A stretch of DNA of 64,000 bases from assembly GCA_963708295.1 (NCBI GenBank), contig CAVPSJ010000013.1, positions 160,001 to 224,000 on the forward strand. Reading direction: 5' to 3'. This stretch comes from an uncultured delta proteobacterium (GTDB lineage Bacteria > Desulfobacterota > BSN033 > UBA1163). How positions within the stretch are numbered: position 1 is the stretch's first letter; the number at the start of each line of letters is the position of its first letter. The notes under the pieces were generated by a model. It was given only the letters and a program-made list of their open reading frames with translations, was not told the DNA's origin and did not search any database. A program made the translations under genes and the position numbers. Positions 62,197 through 64,000 of this stretch are shown here, one piece after another.

Positions 62197-62406
62197 AGGG
62201 ATTCCTTACGTCCCACCTTTTCAGGGGGACTGTATCGCAGTTCTTCTTGGTCATTGCGAGCGATCCGCCTTAGCGGGAGAGCGCGCCAATCTCCGGGTGT
62301 TCAATGCCTTATGAGATTGGCTCGGTCGTTTTACTCCCTCGCAATGATATTACGGCACAGTTTCTCAAGGAGAGTGACACGGAATAATCTAAGTGTGGAG
62401 TGAGTC

Positions 62407-63633
62407 ATGGCCATTCGCACCATAGATCACATTGAACTGAAAGGGAAACGGGTTTTTATTCGAGTCGATTTTAATGTTCCACAGGACGAAAAGGGCAACA
62501 TTACCGACGATACCCGGATCGTCCTCTCCCTTCCAACCATTCGTTTTGCCAGTGAGGCGGGCGGAAAAGTCATCCTTGCCTCTCATCTGGGAAGACCCAA
62601 AGGGAAGAGGGATCCTAAATTCAGTTTGGCTCCGGTTGCTGAAAGGTTATCCGAACTCATAGGGAAGAAAGTGGCTTTAGCCCCGGATTGCATTGGAGAT
62701 GAAGTTCAGAAGCAGATCGGAAAGATGAAAGAAGGAGAGATCGTTCTCCTCGAAAACCTCAGGTTTCATCCGGAGGAGGAGAAGAATGAAGAAGCTTTTT
62801 CAAGAGCCCTGGCCTCTCTCTGTGATGTCTACGTCGATGATGCTTTTGGCGCTGCCCACCGGGCTCATGCTTCTACGGAAGGGATGACCCGGTTTGTGAA
62901 GACCGTGGCGGCAGGTTTTTTGATGATGAAGGAAATTGACAGCCTGGAGAAAGCCCTGGTGACTCCTCAGAAGCCCTACGTAGCGATCCTCGGCGGAGCA
63001 AAAGTATCCGACAAGATAGGGGTGATTCAAAATCTTCTGGATAAAGTGACTACTCTCCTGATCGGTGGAGGCATGGCCTATACGTTTCTTAAAGGTGAGG
63101 GGTTTCAGGTAGGAAAATCCCTTGTCGAAGAGGATCAGATTGGTTTTTCGCTCAAGCTCCTGGAAAAAGCGAAGGGGAAGATCAAGTTTCTTCTCCCTTC
63201 GGATCACATCGCTGCTGAGCGAATGGACATCCAGGCGAAGAGAGAAATCGTAAAGAACGATAAAATTCCTGCGGGCTGGGTCTGCCTGGATATCGGTCCG
63301 GAAACAGCGAAGACGTTTTCGGAGGAGATCAAATCGGCTAAGACCATTGTTTGGAACGGTCCCATGGGTGTCTTTGAAATGGAGCCATTCAGCCAGGGGA
63401 CCTTTGCCATTGCGAAGGCGATCGCGAACTCCTCCGCTTTCAGTATCGTGGGAGGAGGAGATTCGGTCTCGGCGGTGAACAAAGCAGGGGTGGCGGACAG
63501 GATCAGCCATATCTCGACAGGCGGCGGAGCTTCTCTGGAGTTTCTCGAGGGGAAGAAGTTGCCGGGGATTGAAGCCCTGAGAAGAAAAGTGGGGAGACGA
63601 GGTGATGGGGAGATAGGGAGAGACTTTTCATGA
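62407..63633 (+). CDS. pgk: Phosphoglycerate kinase
   Basis: RVDFNVP, SHLGRP, LLENLRF, HRAHAS, ISTGGGASLEFLEG. Confidence 0.97.
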   Translation: MAIRTIDHIELKGKRVFIRVDFNVPQDEKGNITDDTRIVLSLPTIRFASEAGGKVILASHLGRPKGKRDPKFSLAPVAERLSELIGKKVALAPDCIGDEVQKQIGKMKEGEIVLLENLRFHPEEEKNEEAFSRALASLCDVYVDDAFGAAHRAHASTEGMTRFVKTVAAGFLMMKEIDSLEKALVTPQKPYVAILGGAKVSDKIGVIQNLLDKVTTLLIGGGMAYTFLKGEGFQVGKSLVEEDQIGFSLKLLEKAKGKIKFLLPSDHIAAERMDIQAKREIVKNDKIPAGWVCLDIGPETAKTFSEEIKSAKTIVWNGPMGVFEMEPFSQGTFAIAKAIANSSAFSIVGGGDSVSAVNKAGVADRISHISTGGGASLEFLEGKKLPGIEALRRKVGRRGDGEIGRDFS

Positions 63634-63880
63634 TGAATCCTAAATCCAAAACGCCTAGGCCGAACTCGTAACGGTAACCTCAAAATAGAAGAAACCCCAA
63701 ACTCTAAACAAAACAAATTCCGACACTTTTTATTTAAGATTTGATGGTTTTGAACATTTGGGTTTTGAGTTTGTTTAGGATTTCGTGTTTAGGGTTTAGA
63801 GTTTGAGAGCTGAACGTCCTTTTTGTAATAAGTGTTAGAAACAAATCCTCAGAATTATACATGGGTCTAAAGGGGTGGAA

Positions 63881-64000
63881 ATGATGGCAAGGTTACCTTT
63901 CATCGCGGGAAATTGGAAGATGAATAAAACGGTCGGGGAAGCCCTCGATCTCGTCAGAGAATTGAAAAAGGCCATTTCAGGAGTAAAAGAAGTGGAAGTA
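63881..64000 (+). CDS. tpiA: Triosephosphate isomerase (5' part)
   Basis: MMARLPFIAGNWKMNKT; gap-pgk-tpi synteny. Confidence 0.92.
   Translation, partial: MMARLPFIAGNWKMNKTVGEALDLVRELKKAISGVKEVEV

Overview
Chromosomal window from an anaerobic bacterium, probably Desulfobacterota / deltaproteobacterial (inferred from gene content), about 50% GC by eye. 1-28.4 kb is a 2-hydroxy-acid / C2-acid catabolic region. It holds two GlcD/GlcF-type FAD/Fe-S dehydrogenase sets, a GcvH/LbpA-like lipoyl carrier, a FadR-type regulator with three candidate operators, a glyoxylate reductase, two Tat-exported TRAP transporters, a divergent SucCD-like ligase with an intercalated ferredoxin, a CitE/malyl-CoA-lyase-like enzyme, an ALDH1L1-like formyltransferase, and a B12 acyl-CoA mutase with unusual active-site residues plus a PaaK-like ligase. 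The rest is housekeeping (cooC, plsC, ftsK, lolA, recO, glyQS, ppdK, ppsA, queH, gap, pgk, tpiA) plus an accessory block at 43.7-48.3 kb. Main findings: (1) two paralogous exported PCYCGC-like proteins with an in-frame TGA in a UxxC motif and a conserved SECIS-like hairpin (probable selenoproteins), bracketing a triheme cytochrome c and a Met-rich protein; (2) a tandem riboswitch-like repeat (nhaA-I / DUF1646-like) with a terminator per copy; (3) two palindromic repeat families that each have one cargo-carrying copy (GIY-YIG nuclease; four-helix-bundle protein) and several empty copies. Many genes carry single-base indels, often in homopolymers, which look like long-read assembly errors rather than real pseudogenes.
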